From: a virus
DNA: 64,000 nt
Virus record (IMG/VR): IMGVR_UViG_3300036828_000755
Span: 32,001 to 96,000 of that record
Direction: 5' to 3' (one strand)
Below, piece by piece: positions 11,501 to 20,504 of the stretch. Made by a program: the position numbers and the translations under genes. The stretch's first letter is position 1; each line of letters opens with the position of its first letter. The notes beneath the pieces are model-generated. The model was not told where the DNA came from and did no database searches. It saw nothing but the letters and a program-made list of their open reading frames with translations.

Positions 11501-14500
11501 TCTCAGAAATGAATGCCTGGATCTGTGCCCTCTCGGTATTGATGATCAAGACATCGCCCTTTGCTTCTGCTTCACTCGCAGCCTTTTGGAGGTCGCTCTC
11601 CCTCACGATGGCGCCAGGCTTAACGGTGCCACCAGTATAGGCAGAAAACTTCTTCGCGAGTTCTTCCTGACTTTCTTTTTTTCGCTGACCCTCAGATTTC
11701 TTACGAGAAAACGAGCTAAACAACGTCCCAAACATCCCTAGTTCAGGATTCCCCTCAAAACCCGCCAAGAGCGCGCTCAAGACCCCATTCTTTCCCTTAA
11801 TATCTGCGATATACTTATCAAGGGCCTTAACACGGGCGTTATATTCCTCGCCGAGCCTACCTGTGAGATCTTCCTCAAGCACCATCCTGGTGCTTATGTC
11901 AGCTTTTATTTGCTCGAGTAATTGGTTTCTACTAGCCATGGCTTCTGGAGAACCGTCGCCAGAAGACTTACTTAACTTGTCAAAATCTGCAGCTGTTTTC
12001 TTCTTATAAAAATCTACGCGTTCCTTGGAATTGTCGGCGATGTCCTTGGCAGCGTCCTCGTTCATCATACCGTATGCGGCCAGGCCAACGGCTGCTGACG
12101 CAACCTTGAGTGGCAGTGGGATCACGGGTGTTGCCGCAAGAAACCTCATGAAAGAAAACGTGCCTAAGGCGCCCAAGGCTGCTGATATCGCTGTAAGAAC
12201 CTTTGCATACCTTGCCATGGCAGCAGAATTGTCGTCGGCGTACTTCACACCCTTTGACAGCATGCCAACAAACTTCGTAAACTCTGGCAAAAATGCCTTG
12301 CCAACCGAGTACTGCAGCTCAACCACGTTTTGCTCAAAAAGCTTAAGCTGTCCACCGGCCGTCATTAGGGACTTCTCATAAAGTCCATTAGCCTTTGCTC
12401 CCTCAAGGATAACGGCATTGAGCAAAGCTTGACGCTTCTCAACCTCGCTAGCAGGGCCAGTTTTTCCCTCAGCCTTTCGCTCTATGTTTAGCTGACGATT
12501 GACCTGCAACATGCTCACCGGGAGACCCATGCGGTGCAATGTCATGGTTAATCCGGTTGAGATGCCGGTAATGAGCCTCTCAGCTGCCTCAGACGGTGTT
12601 TGACCTGTGATTACCGAAACATTCTGAGCAACCTTGGCTAGCTGACCAGCCTTGCCAACATCAAGTTGCGCAAATATCATCTTCTGGACAAGCTGATTAG
12701 CAGACTCAGTTGTCATATTGAGCTTCTTAACGTTCTGGACGCTCCCCATCACGGCGTCAACGTCAAGCGCATTTATCTTGGCTATTTCCTTAGTAGAAAA
12801 CACCAGCGTGTCAACCTGCGCAGCATAGGTCGCCATCTGCTTAACGCCAGCAAAAACGGCTGACCCAGCCGACGCCAACATCGATGCCCCGACCCCAAAC
12901 CCGAGGTATCCTTCCCTGGAGCCAAACGCCCGACCACCACCGCCGCCACCACCCGCGCCACCGCCGGGCCCGCCCCCGCCAGGACCACCACCCCTGGCAT
13001 CCTCTGACTTGACGTACCTTACCTTTGCCTCGTACTCTTTTCTGTAAGCTGTCTGCCTCTTCTTACTCTGGTCTTCTTCCTTCTTATTTATGTCCATCTG
13101 GATCTTGGTAGAAGTCCCAGCAAACTTCCTCTCGTTGTCTATCCTAGCCTGGTCAGCCTTTTCCCTGGCCGCGGCCCTCCTCTTCTCGATCAAGCCTATC
13201 TGATTATCGATCTGCTCCTCAGCCGCGACCCGACCCTCGCCAACATCCGAAATCTTCGACTTGGCCCTCTCCTCGAGCGTACGACCACCGAGCATCGTGT
13301 AGTATCTTTTCTCATACTGCTGCCTGGCTTCTTCCAACTCAGCCGAACCACCGTACATAGCCCTCGCTGCTGCGGTCGAGGTCTGCCTTCGAAGAGTCTC
13401 CAACTTATCGAACTTGGGAAATGGCCCTTCCTGCCCCGGCTCAAGTCCCCAGTCACCGGGAGACAACCGACTTGCCTCACTCCTGTACCTAGCCCTTATC
13501 ATCCTAAGCTGAGGGTCACGAATCGAACTCTCCAATCTTTCTTGTATGTCCGCATCAGTAAGCCCGAGCCTTTTCTTGGAAGCACGAAGTTTTCTCCCAA
13601 GACGACCCTGGGCCTTTACCGCGTCGCTGTAGCGCTTCTCTGCATCTAGCTCAGCAAAAGCTAGGTTAGTCGTCCTCTCCTCGTAGGTGCCCTGGATTCC
13701 CTCGAGGCGACCTCGTGCGATTCGTGTGATAGCAGCCCGGCGAGCTTGCAGCCTGGATACCTGGGCATCGAACGAGGCCTCAGTCCCAGCTAAGCCTAAT
13801 CCTAGCGCAGATTCCCTGGACCCACGACGCCTCGCGGCTTCCTCCATCTTTGCCTTAGCAGTAACATCCCTGAATTCGTTTAGTTTACGGGCAGCAGCAT
13901 CAACGGCGTCGGCCAGGTTCTTGAGCCTTGACTGAAGAGCATCGTACCTCATCTGCGCCCGAGGATCATCAGCACTTGGCGGTCCAAAGGGCGCTCCCCT
14001 GTTTACCCTAGACTCGGCCGACTCTGGCGGCTCGAGGGGGTGGCGACCAGCCTTCGTTCGATCCCGCATCTCCTTGATTTTCCGGTACAAGGGATACAGT
14101 CCAAAGGACATGAAGTCAAGGTTACCAAACCCAGCCTCACTACCACCCCTCCCACCCCCAAGGTCGCCCATCCCCCTCAATGCCTCACCAATGAGGTTTC
14201 GGTGGGCACGGGGTTGGAAACTGGCACCGGTGGCCCCCGAGAAGAAATCCCTCTGTGCTTGGGCAATCTTCGCAGCCGCTAGGCGCCTACCGATTACTTG
14301 TCCCTCGGTCATTATCGAGGTAAGTCCCCTGAACCTGGGGTCCTCGAAACCGACCTGGTTAGCCATCTGCGCAGCCGGGCGAATAGCTAACATGGCTGGC
14401 TTTTCCCGATATCTACTAATGAACGAAGCGATCGCTTTTTGACTATATGGGGGAGCCGCGCGCTGCGCCCACGGCGAACTCAGCATGCTGGCAAATTCTG

Positions 14501-16103
14501 CCCGCAGATCCTCTTTCTTCCCTCTGTCAGCTGCCTCGAACTGGGCCATTTCCCGAGCAATCCCGAAACCAGGTTCTTGCACCTGCCTATAATGCGTGTT
14601 TATTCCCTGCATCAAAGCAAGCGCAAGCTCGTCCCCGTGCCTTATGTCTTCCTTGACTTGGCGACCCCTGCCACGGCCCTGTTGAATTCCTTCCTGATGC
14701 CTGGCTTGCCTCTCGTACTGGGTCAAGAAGGCGGCAGAACTAGCTGGTCCAGACATGATCGCCATGTTCCTGTAGAACGATTCGATCACCCCGATTCGCC
14801 TATCAAGACCAATGGCTGCCGCACCGATTAGTCCAGGGGTTGTTTCGGGAGCAACGCCAGAACCTTTCTTGATACCGTAATCGGTACTACGAGATGGGCG
14901 ACGCGACCTAGCCTCGATGCCGCCCTCTATAGTTGCTATGACGTGCTGCGCATAGACTTCGTGACCCTCATCATCGTAAGCAGCAGCCCTTCTCCTATAC
15001 CTCGCAACAGGAGACATGTATCGCGTCGCACCGCCACCGATCCGACTCTGCAAGTTCTCCAGTATCTCATCTGCCTGTTGCTTAACCGTTGCCAATATCT
15101 GCTGCTGCCTCGTCAACGGCCCCTGGTTGGCGAGCAACTGCGCCATGTATGGCTGCCCACCGAGCGGTGACCTAGATGCAAGAAGTCTGAGCGAACCTCC
15201 CACATCCCCCTGTGTTCGGTGAGCTTGACCAGCATCAATCCCATGAAACCTAATGAGATCCTGAAGAGATCGGGATTCGAAGCCGTGCATCCTCCACGGT
15301 ATTCCCCTCAAAGAATCCATCCAGATCTTTGAAGCCACGTAAGGAACAAGTTGTTGGACGAACTTCTTATCAAAGGGAGCGTTGTGGGCAATGAGGAAGT
15401 CAGCCTTATTGACCAAGTGACGTATCATGGTCGTCGAGATCGCCTGACCCTTGAGCAATTCAGCTGACAGACCTGGAGAAAGAAACTGGTGACGGCCCTG
15501 GTAACTCAGCTGCTGCATCCCCGTGTAGCTCTTCAACACCTTACCAAATTCCCCAGTTTCCTTGTTGAAGGAAAACAGTGTTGCGGTAAGCTCAACAACC
15601 TGATGCTTGAGGGCTTTTAACCCAGTCGTCTCCGTGTCTATGAAGAGTGCTTGGCCCATCACCTTTCCCTTGGTGACAGGGTCATACATCCCTTGCCGAG
15701 TGGCCATCTGCCGCTGTATTAGGGCCCCGTGCTTCTCGAGTTCCCTCCGAAGTGCAGCAGTCCCACTAGTCTCGGCAATCCTGGTAGCAGCAGTCTCCGC
15801 CATCCTCTCCAACCGATACGGCGTGTACCGGTTCAAGACTTGCTGGGCAGTCATCAGGACGCCCGCAGAAGACCCTATGCCAGCCGTCCTCTTCTCGAGT
15901 GCCCTGATGCTTGGCTCAATCCTCTGGATTGCCTCGACTATGTCGCCGACAGATTTGCCAGCAGCAACAGCTCGACGAACAACGCCGTCCAACGACATCG
16001 AGAGTCGGGACGCAAGCTTGTCCGCGTCCTGCATCTCGGCCTTGCCTTGGTTGGTGAAGCGAAGTACTACGCTCAGTATTTCGTCGTCAAACAGTTGCGC
16101 CAT
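8598..16103 (-). CDS. Tape measure protein, 2501 aa, with N-terminal DEDDh exonuclease domain
   Basis: Longest ORF, between tail chaperones and Dit; Ala/Gln/Lys-rich helical composition; TMP core (QVDTLVFSTKEIAK...AAERLITGISTG); hydrophobic segments. Confidence 0.9.
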   Translation of the reverse strand: MAQLFDDEILSVVLRFTNQGKAEMQDADKLASRLSMSLDGVVRRAVAAGKSVGDIVEAIQRIEPSIRALEKRTAGIGSSAGVLMTAQQVLNRYTPYRLERMAETAATRIAETSGTAALRRELEKHGALIQRQMATRQGMYDPVTKGKVMGQALFIDTETTGLKALKHQVVELTATLFSFNKETGEFGKVLKSYTGMQQLSYQGRHQFLSPGLSAELLKGQAISTTMIRHLVNKADFLIAHNAPFDKKFVQQLVPYVASKIWMDSLRGIPWRMHGFESRSLQDLIRFHGIDAGQAHRTQGDVGGSLRLLASRSPLGGQPYMAQLLANQGPLTRQQQILATVKQQADEILENLQSRIGGGATRYMSPVARYRRRAAAYDDEGHEVYAQHVIATIEGGIEARSRRPSRSTDYGIKKGSGVAPETTPGLIGAAAIGLDRRIGVIESFYRNMAIMSGPASSAAFLTQYERQARHQEGIQQGRGRGRQVKEDIRHGDELALALMQGINTHYRQVQEPGFGIAREMAQFEAADRGKKEDLRAEFASMLSSPWAQRAAPPYSQKAIASFISRYREKPAMLAIRPAAQMANQVGFEDPRFRGLTSIMTEGQVIGRRLAAAKIAQAQRDFFSGATGASFQPRAHRNLIGEALRGMGDLGGGRGGSEAGFGNLDFMSFGLYPLYRKIKEMRDRTKAGRHPLEPPESAESRVNRGAPFGPPSADDPRAQMRYDALQSRLKNLADAVDAAARKLNEFRDVTAKAKMEEAARRRGSRESALGLGLAGTEASFDAQVSRLQARRAAITRIARGRLEGIQGTYEERTTNLAFAELDAEKRYSDAVKAQGRLGRKLRASKKRLGLTDADIQERLESSIRDPQLRMIRARYRSEASRLSPGDWGLEPGQEGPFPKFDKLETLRRQTSTAAARAMYGGSAELEEARQQYEKRYYTMLGGRTLEERAKSKISDVGEGRVAAEEQIDNQIGLIEKRRAAAREKADQARIDNERKFAGTSTKIQMDINKKEEDQSKKRQTAYRKEYEAKVRYVKSEDARGGGPGGGGPGGGAGGGGGGGRAFGSREGYLGFGVGASMLASAGSAVFAGVKQMATYAAQVDTLVFSTKEIAKINALDVDAVMGSVQNVKKLNMTTESANQLVQKMIFAQLDVGKAGQLAKVAQNVSVITGQTPSEAAERLITGISTGLTMTLHRMGLPVSMLQVNRQLNIERKAEGKTGPASEVEKRQALLNAVILEGAKANGLYEKSLMTAGGQLKLFEQNVVELQYSVGKAFLPEFTKFVGMLSKGVKYADDNSAAMARYAKVLTAISAALGALGTFSFMRFLAATPVIPLPLKVASAAVGLAAYGMMNEDAAKDIADNSKERVDFYKKKTAADFDKLSKSSGDGSPEAMASRNQLLEQIKADISTRMVLEEDLTGRLGEEYNARVKALDKYIADIKGKNGVLSALLAGFEGNPELGMFGTLFSSFSRKKSEGQRKKESQEELAKKFSAYTGGTVKPGAIVRESDLQKAASEAEAKGDVLIINTERAQIQAFISEMLEAEGKLNKLDEKYSELGNVGLRARKSMGSPREKIMLDYEQEIANIDVLGKKIKEVQAGAKANDPVAKRQLDLMVTGLGGGELGRKRLENFDQLRKNVTDKAVENRDIQLGKLNRMTQAQIGQTRDQLAIEKIQSNVTIGNYASEKQAILDVYIVKENTAKKTLKLLNNVDDYNKQVVANEVERDSAIIRLDTERKRATQAMLEKSQLRDASIAAQDLLDKPGATGSVVDAMTAAAQIRMDSTSGIQDENKRLEEQVAIFDELTTGIKRYNKELLGSDAEQRIAMFKDSQDLAMQIDRTISAKANKRQSPAYRALDEIQRTRKAQVAEIEEAYEERKKYTTIEGQGPLKNQRDLAMAQANSRAAIDSIKVVEQEIDTARERLAKSIGEVTQSRVEYLQGIAVGQNEEMAAAENIHTLRLKNIQAEFEARDQTLEAEQTKEEQIREAEMEKLKQMLDLRKQHLEEIRSLSEGIFQAFSQYNRGPAIKSFMTDQFRSFGSKVFGNFMVDTLKDVKMFLPGLENVTYDKQGNPVHTPTWLGKMLSGTMLGTKVPTKEEIDAQLNVVTVKNTTATDKNTDALNRLTARLLEMEKNLGITPGLSSGGTMGALGGGRVGWVGPPNLGPEWGGTPSITPYQFGFMNPQLPGYQPGDRGVATSTAISFDDQAYQDRSETLFPGQDASILSGNAGALAGTPLIGGGGGGLAFASAYQGEDLPPLAPVSPGIDTGEEELPPLAPVSPRPAVTQANTIGTAVSVAAAGIAAYQAVKDFRRGGAGGALEGTGALLGAAAIIDPEPISKAILAGVAMGTSLVGSMINNPARRAQDISNMLQARQYLAPQALNVTASSAGTFADIGVKGQLRTSNFSPYPLVTQGFVWKQTHGLLGGPPTYYDVPGGQTSQFGSIVNPGARTPTPQPPVTVNNNYTVHTLDANSFHDYLQKNNRSVGLATAKSLQDGHSLLTREVQRAAR
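15170..15660 (-). other. DnaQ/epsilon-like 3'-5' exonuclease (DEDDh) domain inside the tape measure protein
   Basis: ExoI ALFIDTETTG (15621-15650), ExoII LIAHNAPFD, WMDSLRGIPW, ExoIII AHRTQGD (about 15205-15225); all catalytic residues present. Confidence 0.85.
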
Positions 16104-16109
16104 CTCTAA

Positions 16110-16981
16110 TTACCGACGTCCTTTTGTTTGGGATTGGGACTGCTGTTGGCGAGGGACTTCCCTGATAGAGGCCGACTGCAGAGCATCGACCCTCGCCTGT
16201 TCATCTTGGAGGAGCACGAACGCATCTACGATGCGGGACGGCCATTGCAAAAGATCCCCGCCGTAGGGAGCCGCGCCGAACTCCTTCATTATCTTGGTTC
16301 GCGCGAAAAGTTGTATCAACTCCGTAGACTTAGTTGATATGAGTGAGACAGGGCACTCGCTAGTTTCGGTGCCTGAGATGTTGAACGGACGACCGTGGTG
16401 GTCGTGGTATCCTGCTTCCCAGCATGACGCCCTCTTCGGGTCTACATGGTCTGGGAAATAGGTATTACAATTTCTTTGTTGCCAGTATCCCCTTCGCTTA
16501 CACCGTCCACAATCGAAGACTTCTGACTCATGTCCGCCGGTGCGCCAGAAATGGTAGGCGATGGTGAGTTTTTTCTTTCTGCGCCATTCAGCTCTGACTC
16601 CGACTTGATCGCGTCGATGACCTCGTCAAACAGTGCGGACGGGAAATCCTTCCAATCCTCGACGCCGAGCGGCTTCCCGTCAGACTCGATCCCGTCTATC
16701 CGCTTCAAGCCCCACAGGAGCCAGGCAGGGTTCACGGTGCCGAGCATGATACCGTCCAACTCTTCTTGTAGTTCGAGCCACTTAGCAGTGTCGCGGGTCT
16801 CCTCGTCGACCTGCTCAATGCTCGCTTGCTCCTTGATGATCTCACGTATCCTGCGGTTCGGCCCGGAGATCTTGGACCTCAGCTCAAGTCTTCGGCCCTC
16901 AGTCATCTTGTGCAAATAAAAAACGACGCCTTCGAAGATCTGAGACTCGCGGCGCCTGAGAGTCTCATGCTTATAGACCAT
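16110..16981 (-). CDS. Tail assembly chaperone -1 frameshift product (gpGT-like)
   Basis: The -1 frame after A AAA AAC is open (KLTIAYHFWRTGGHESEVFDCGRCKRRG...SECPVSLISTKSTELIQLFARTK...) and joins ORF 16110..16319. Confidence 0.75.
16442..16981 (-). CDS. Tail assembly chaperone (gpG-like), 179 aa
   Basis: Position between major tail and tape measure genes; ends just after a slippery heptamer. Confidence 0.75.
   Translation of the reverse strand: MVYKHETLRRRESQIFEGVVFYLHKMTEGRRLELRSKISGPNRRIREIIKEQASIEQVDEETRDTAKWLELQEELDGIMLGTVNPAWLLWGLKRIDGIESDGKPLGVEDWKDFPSALFDEVIDAIKSESELNGAERKNSPSPTISGAPADMSQKSSIVDGVSEGDTGNKEIVIPISQTM
16568..16574 (-). promoter_or_regulatory. -1 ribosomal frameshift slippery site A AAA AAC
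   Basis: X XXY YYZ heptamer in the correct phase (AGA AAA AAC). Confidence 0.75.
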
Positions 16982-17006
16982 GTTTAAAACTTCCTTTTTG
17001 GGAAAT

Positions 17007-17029
17007 CGGGGAGTCCGAACGACTCCCCG
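17007..17029 (-). terminator. Probable intrinsic terminator after major tail gene
   Basis: Perfect 9-bp stem CGGGGAGTC/GACTCCCCG with 5-nt loop; short T run follows on minus strand. Confidence 0.5.
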
Positions 17030-17052
17030 GTTCTACGGAACGTAGAATTTGG

Positions 17053-18339
17053 TTATGCGATGACGAGTGAAAATTCATCTCGGACCGCGAGCGACGTCGT
17101 CGTCGCCCTGCTGTCTGCATAAGAGGCATCGAACCGAAGTTGTCCATCACCCAAGACGTGGGCGGCTAAGTAGACGTTCTTGAGCAAGAACACGAAGGTG
17201 TTACCAACGTTGGTCCCAAGGTTAATGGCGAAGTCGACCGGGATCTTGTTGTCGCCCCACGACTTGATGGTGTTCACGGCCACCGTGTCGTCGTCATAGA
17301 CGTTGAACGTAAGTGTTATGTTCCTAACATCACCCTCAGGCAAGCTCGGGTAGTAGCTACCGAAGGTATCCCTCACAAGGAGATTGTTCGTCTGCACGCG
17401 GATCGTTGCGTTACGAATAGTAGGGAATGAGGCTGAGCCCGTGGAGAACGTTGCACCGTCCGTCGTCGATGCAGCCTGACCCGCCACGAAGCGCCCAGTA
17501 AATCCCGGGATGATGTTACCGCTCGTCACTGGGGCAGTAGGTTCAGGAGGGAAGGTCAACAAGCCTCCCTTTTGGTAGACGTCAGAATTCCCGTAGTCCT
17601 TGCTCCTCAGCACCCAGTAACAGTCGCCGTTCGCCTGCCACGTGGCAACGTCCTGGTTGAAATTGAACGTCGACTCAGTGACGAGGCAGGTGTTGCCAAC
17701 CCTCTGGTCCAACGTCGTCGGCGTCCTGAAAGACCAAAGGGAAAACTGCGCGATCTCGTCCACGAACGTGTACTGTAGCTTGACCCTGCTCGCGGTCCCA
17801 CCTGCACCAGCACCTTGCCCATTGCCAATAGACCCACACAACGTCAACGTAGTTGAGCTTGCGGCAAAGGCGTACCAGGTGCCATTAGCATTGGTATTGA
17901 TGGTATGTCCAGTGACCGTCACAACCTCGAATGATCCTGAAGGAATCCCGTGCGCGCCACAAGATACCACGATAGGTGTTGCATCGGTCGAGGACGTGAC
18001 AGCCGTCGAACCAACACCAACCGCAGCAGTCTGCCCAAAAATGGCATAGAGCAGCGGGTCAGCATCTGGAGCAACGCCAGGTGTCCCGTTGCCAACAAGG
18101 GACATCTCTATGCTCCAGCGCCCCATCCTGCGACCACCGACCATCCCTTCCATCGAGCGGGTGCCGGTCTTATCAGCGCGCTCGAGCAAGGCCACTTCGT
18201 TCTGCAACTCCATGCGGATGAACCTGCACGCGTTGGCGTTGCCCACGGTTGCCGTGCCCGATGTATTTGGGATGATCCCAAACGCTGGCTGTTGCTGAAG
18301 ATACGCGCGTTCAAGTCGCGAGAAAGAATACTGTGCCAT
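17053..18339 (-). CDS. Major tail tube protein, 428 aa, with an inserted beta-rich domain
   Basis: Position before chaperones; tail-tube-like pattern (ERADKTGTRS...GRRMGRWSIEMSL...LYAIFG; RNATIRVQTNN). Confidence 0.75.
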   Translation of the reverse strand: MAQYSFSRLERAYLQQQPAFGIIPNTSGTATVGNANACRFIRMELQNEVALLERADKTGTRSMEGMVGGRRMGRWSIEMSLVGNGTPGVAPDADPLLYAIFGQTAAVGVGSTAVTSSTDATPIVVSCGAHGIPSGSFEVVTVTGHTINTNANGTWYAFAASSTTLTLCGSIGNGQGAGAGGTASRVKLQYTFVDEIAQFSLWSFRTPTTLDQRVGNTCLVTESTFNFNQDVATWQANGDCYWVLRSKDYGNSDVYQKGGLLTFPPEPTAPVTSGNIIPGFTGRFVAGQAASTTDGATFSTGSASFPTIRNATIRVQTNNLLVRDTFGSYYPSLPEGDVRNITLTFNVYDDDTVAVNTIKSWGDNKIPVDFAINLGTNVGNTFVFLLKNVYLAAHVLGDGQLRFDASYADSRATTTSLAVRDEFSLVIA

Positions 18340-18366
18340 CTATTTCAGGTTCTCCTTTTCTTACGG

Positions 18367-18717
18367 TTATCTAGCAACAAGCTCAGGATCTGAAACAACA
18401 TCCCCAGCTTCAGCGAGTGTTTGCCGACGATCTATCAGCATGCACCTTCGCGTCTCGCGATAAATTTCCTGGGCCACCACGAGCTTTTCCAAGAACGAGC
18501 TCGTGGCGCTGAAGCGAGAACCAATTGAGCCGTACTTGTCCAACTCGCCTTGCGTAAAATTGATTCGCTTGAAATCTTCCTCTGAGATGAACGCCGCACC
18601 ACCAAGTACAGCTTCAAGATACGTTTGCTCACTCAACGCAGCCCGCTGGCCAACGGAGTCGAACTCGCGATCCCCTATAAAGGAAGAATCACCACCGACG
18701 TATCTGCAAGAAATCAC
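18367..18717 (-). CDS. Hypothetical virion-module protein
   Basis: ORF 18367..18768; likely GTG start at 18717 after AGGAG. Confidence 0.55.
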   Translation of the reverse strand: MISCRYVGGDSSFIGDREFDSVGQRAALSEQTYLEAVLGGAAFISEEDFKRINFTQGELDKYGSIGSRFSATSSFLEKLVVAQEIYRETRRCMLIDRRQTLAEAGDVVSDPELVAR

Positions 18718-18794
18718 TTTCCGGACTCCTACAAAAATTGTAACACAAACGAATGTACAAGGGTACAAAAAAGTTTCGTACCTTGTGTGGAAAC

Positions 18795-19325
18795 TTACAG
18801 GTGGTACCCGAACATCATCGAGAAACCGATGAGCTGCTTAAAGTTTTGGGCCGCGAAGAGCAATGGTCCTCGCTTACACTGGATCTGCCCATTGTAGACC
18901 AGGGGTTCCAACCAGTCCTGGTTCTGGACCCTGTTCATCACGTCAAGGACGACGTCCTCAACGCAGTTGCAGTACTTCTCGTGGTCCTGCAACCCCTTGA
19001 TGTTTCCCCAAGACATGTGAACCTCGAAGATGCACCTTACTGCCCCAGAGAACTGGGTAAACCTCTGCTCGCCAGTCTGACCCGACTCCTTGATATAGAG
19101 GCAAGAAAAAGGGTACCTGATGAGGCCGGTCTTCTCAAGCATGTCAGGATCGATCTGCGCCTTGTAGAAGTTCGTGCTAGACGTGCTGAAGTCAAACTTA
19201 GCAAATGAGGGCGGAAGACCATACACGGCAGCATTAGCAACGAACCCCGGGTTATACCCGGTCAGGGGGTCGCTGAGCCTCTTGTAGACGCCGTCAAGGA
19301 CCTGCTGACTGACCTTATTTAGCAC
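18795..19325 (-). CDS. Tail terminator / tail completion-like protein, 176 aa
   Basis: Synteny and size; YPFSCLYIKES...VRCIFEVHM pattern. Confidence 0.55.
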   Translation of the reverse strand: MLNKVSQQVLDGVYKRLSDPLTGYNPGFVANAAVYGLPPSFAKFDFSTSSTNFYKAQIDPDMLEKTGLIRYPFSCLYIKESGQTGEQRFTQFSGAVRCIFEVHMSWGNIKGLQDHEKYCNCVEDVVLDVMNRVQNQDWLEPLVYNGQIQCKRGPLLFAAQNFKQLIGFSMMFGYHL

Positions 19326-19725
19326 GCTTGAAGACCTCCAAGATCGTGGTCCACAAGTCCCGCTTCACCTCTTCTCGGTCCACCCTGGCAAAACCCACGA
19401 ACCTCCTACGGATGTTCTGGTAGTTACCTATCTGCGCAGCACGGCCGTAGATGGTCATCCTCATCTCCGTCTCGTTCAAGAAATGGGAGATGTCGTAGTT
19501 CGGCGACTGGAACAACCTTGCCGCATGCTCGAGCGGTCGGCTGTGAAGGTGAGGTTTTTCGGGATACTTATATGGGGCGAACGAAGCGCCGAACAAGTCG
19601 GTGCCCCGCTTCAACCTGTTCTGGGTCCTAACGGTCTGCTCCTCCATGACGTGGGTAGAATTGCCAAACGTCGATGTTGCGGCGATCAGCCTCCTGATAC
19701 CTGTGATGCGAGTCGTCGAAACCAT
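19315..19725 (-). CDS. Neck / virion morphogenesis protein, about 136 aa
   Basis: ATG overlaps the upstream stop (TGATG); RLKRGTDLFGASFAPY and RRRFVGF motifs typical of this class. Confidence 0.55.
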   Translation of the reverse strand: MVSTTRITGIRRLIAATSTFGNSTHVMEEQTVRTQNRLKRGTDLFGASFAPYKYPEKPHLHSRPLEHAARLFQSPNYDISHFLNETEMRMTIYGRAAQIGNYQNIRRRFVGFARVDREEVKRDLWTTILEVFKRAK

Positions 19726-20504
19726 CAAGCAGCCTCCTGCAACGCCCACCAATGCCTGCACCCGTACCCGCCACCAACATCGAAGACCCCCGGCAACTGC
19801 CCATTGTCGAGCGCGTCTATCTCCTTTCGAGACAGTTCTTTCCCAAGGAGCCGCGAACAAAAGCTCCTCGACTTGTCGTCGACGGGACCGACGTAGACGT
19901 AGCGGCACTGGTGCCCGTTTTCTTCCAAAGTTCGGTAGTGCAAATTTCCTGTCATTCTAAAGAATAGTATCAGTTGGTCCTTAGCAACGAGTTCCACGTC
20001 ATTCAACCTCCGAACGACCGTGGATATCCCTGTGACTAACTCAGACAGGTTGACCTCACCCAGGGACCTAGACAAAAGGTTCCGAAGTGCCAGGCCAACC
20101 CTGAGCACGTGGCCCTCTATTGCCCCTATTGCTGCAGCAGCCTGGTTTCCAAGCAACTCGTGGTCGTCGCTGTCTAGCTGAACTTCTGGGAGGTCCCCCA
20201 TCTCGGCGTACATCTCCCTGAACTCGTCAACCTGGTCGACGAACGTCTCGATCAACGCGAGTATCGAGGGGTAGAACCCTGACCTGTTGAGTTCCCGGTG
20301 GAACACGTTCTCGAAGTCAAGTATCACGACCGAGTTTTCGGGCACCTGCCTAACTACCCCATCCTTGACAATCAACCTCTCAAGGAAGTAGCTAGAAAAA
20401 CTTTCTATGAGCAAGTCCACCTCGTCTCGTATTTGACCAGTGAAGTACGAGATCAAGGACTGCATGCGAGAAGCATGCGCATCTACCTTTGCCTGGGAAA
20501 CCAC
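19725..20504 (-). CDS. Minor head protein (SPP1 gp7 / Mu gpF-like), 259 aa
   Basis: C-terminal YVYVGPVDDKSRSFCSRLLG...GGGYGCRHWW motif. Confidence 0.65.
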   Translation of the reverse strand: MVSQAKVDAHASRMQSLISYFTGQIRDEVDLLIESFSSYFLERLIVKDGVVRQVPENSVVILDFENVFHRELNRSGFYPSILALIETFVDQVDEFREMYAEMGDLPEVQLDSDDHELLGNQAAAAIGAIEGHVLRVGLALRNLLSRSLGEVNLSELVTGISTVVRRLNDVELVAKDQLILFFRMTGNLHYRTLEENGHQCRYVYVGPVDDKSRSFCSRLLGKELSRKEIDALDNGQLPGVFDVGGGYGCRHWWALQEAA

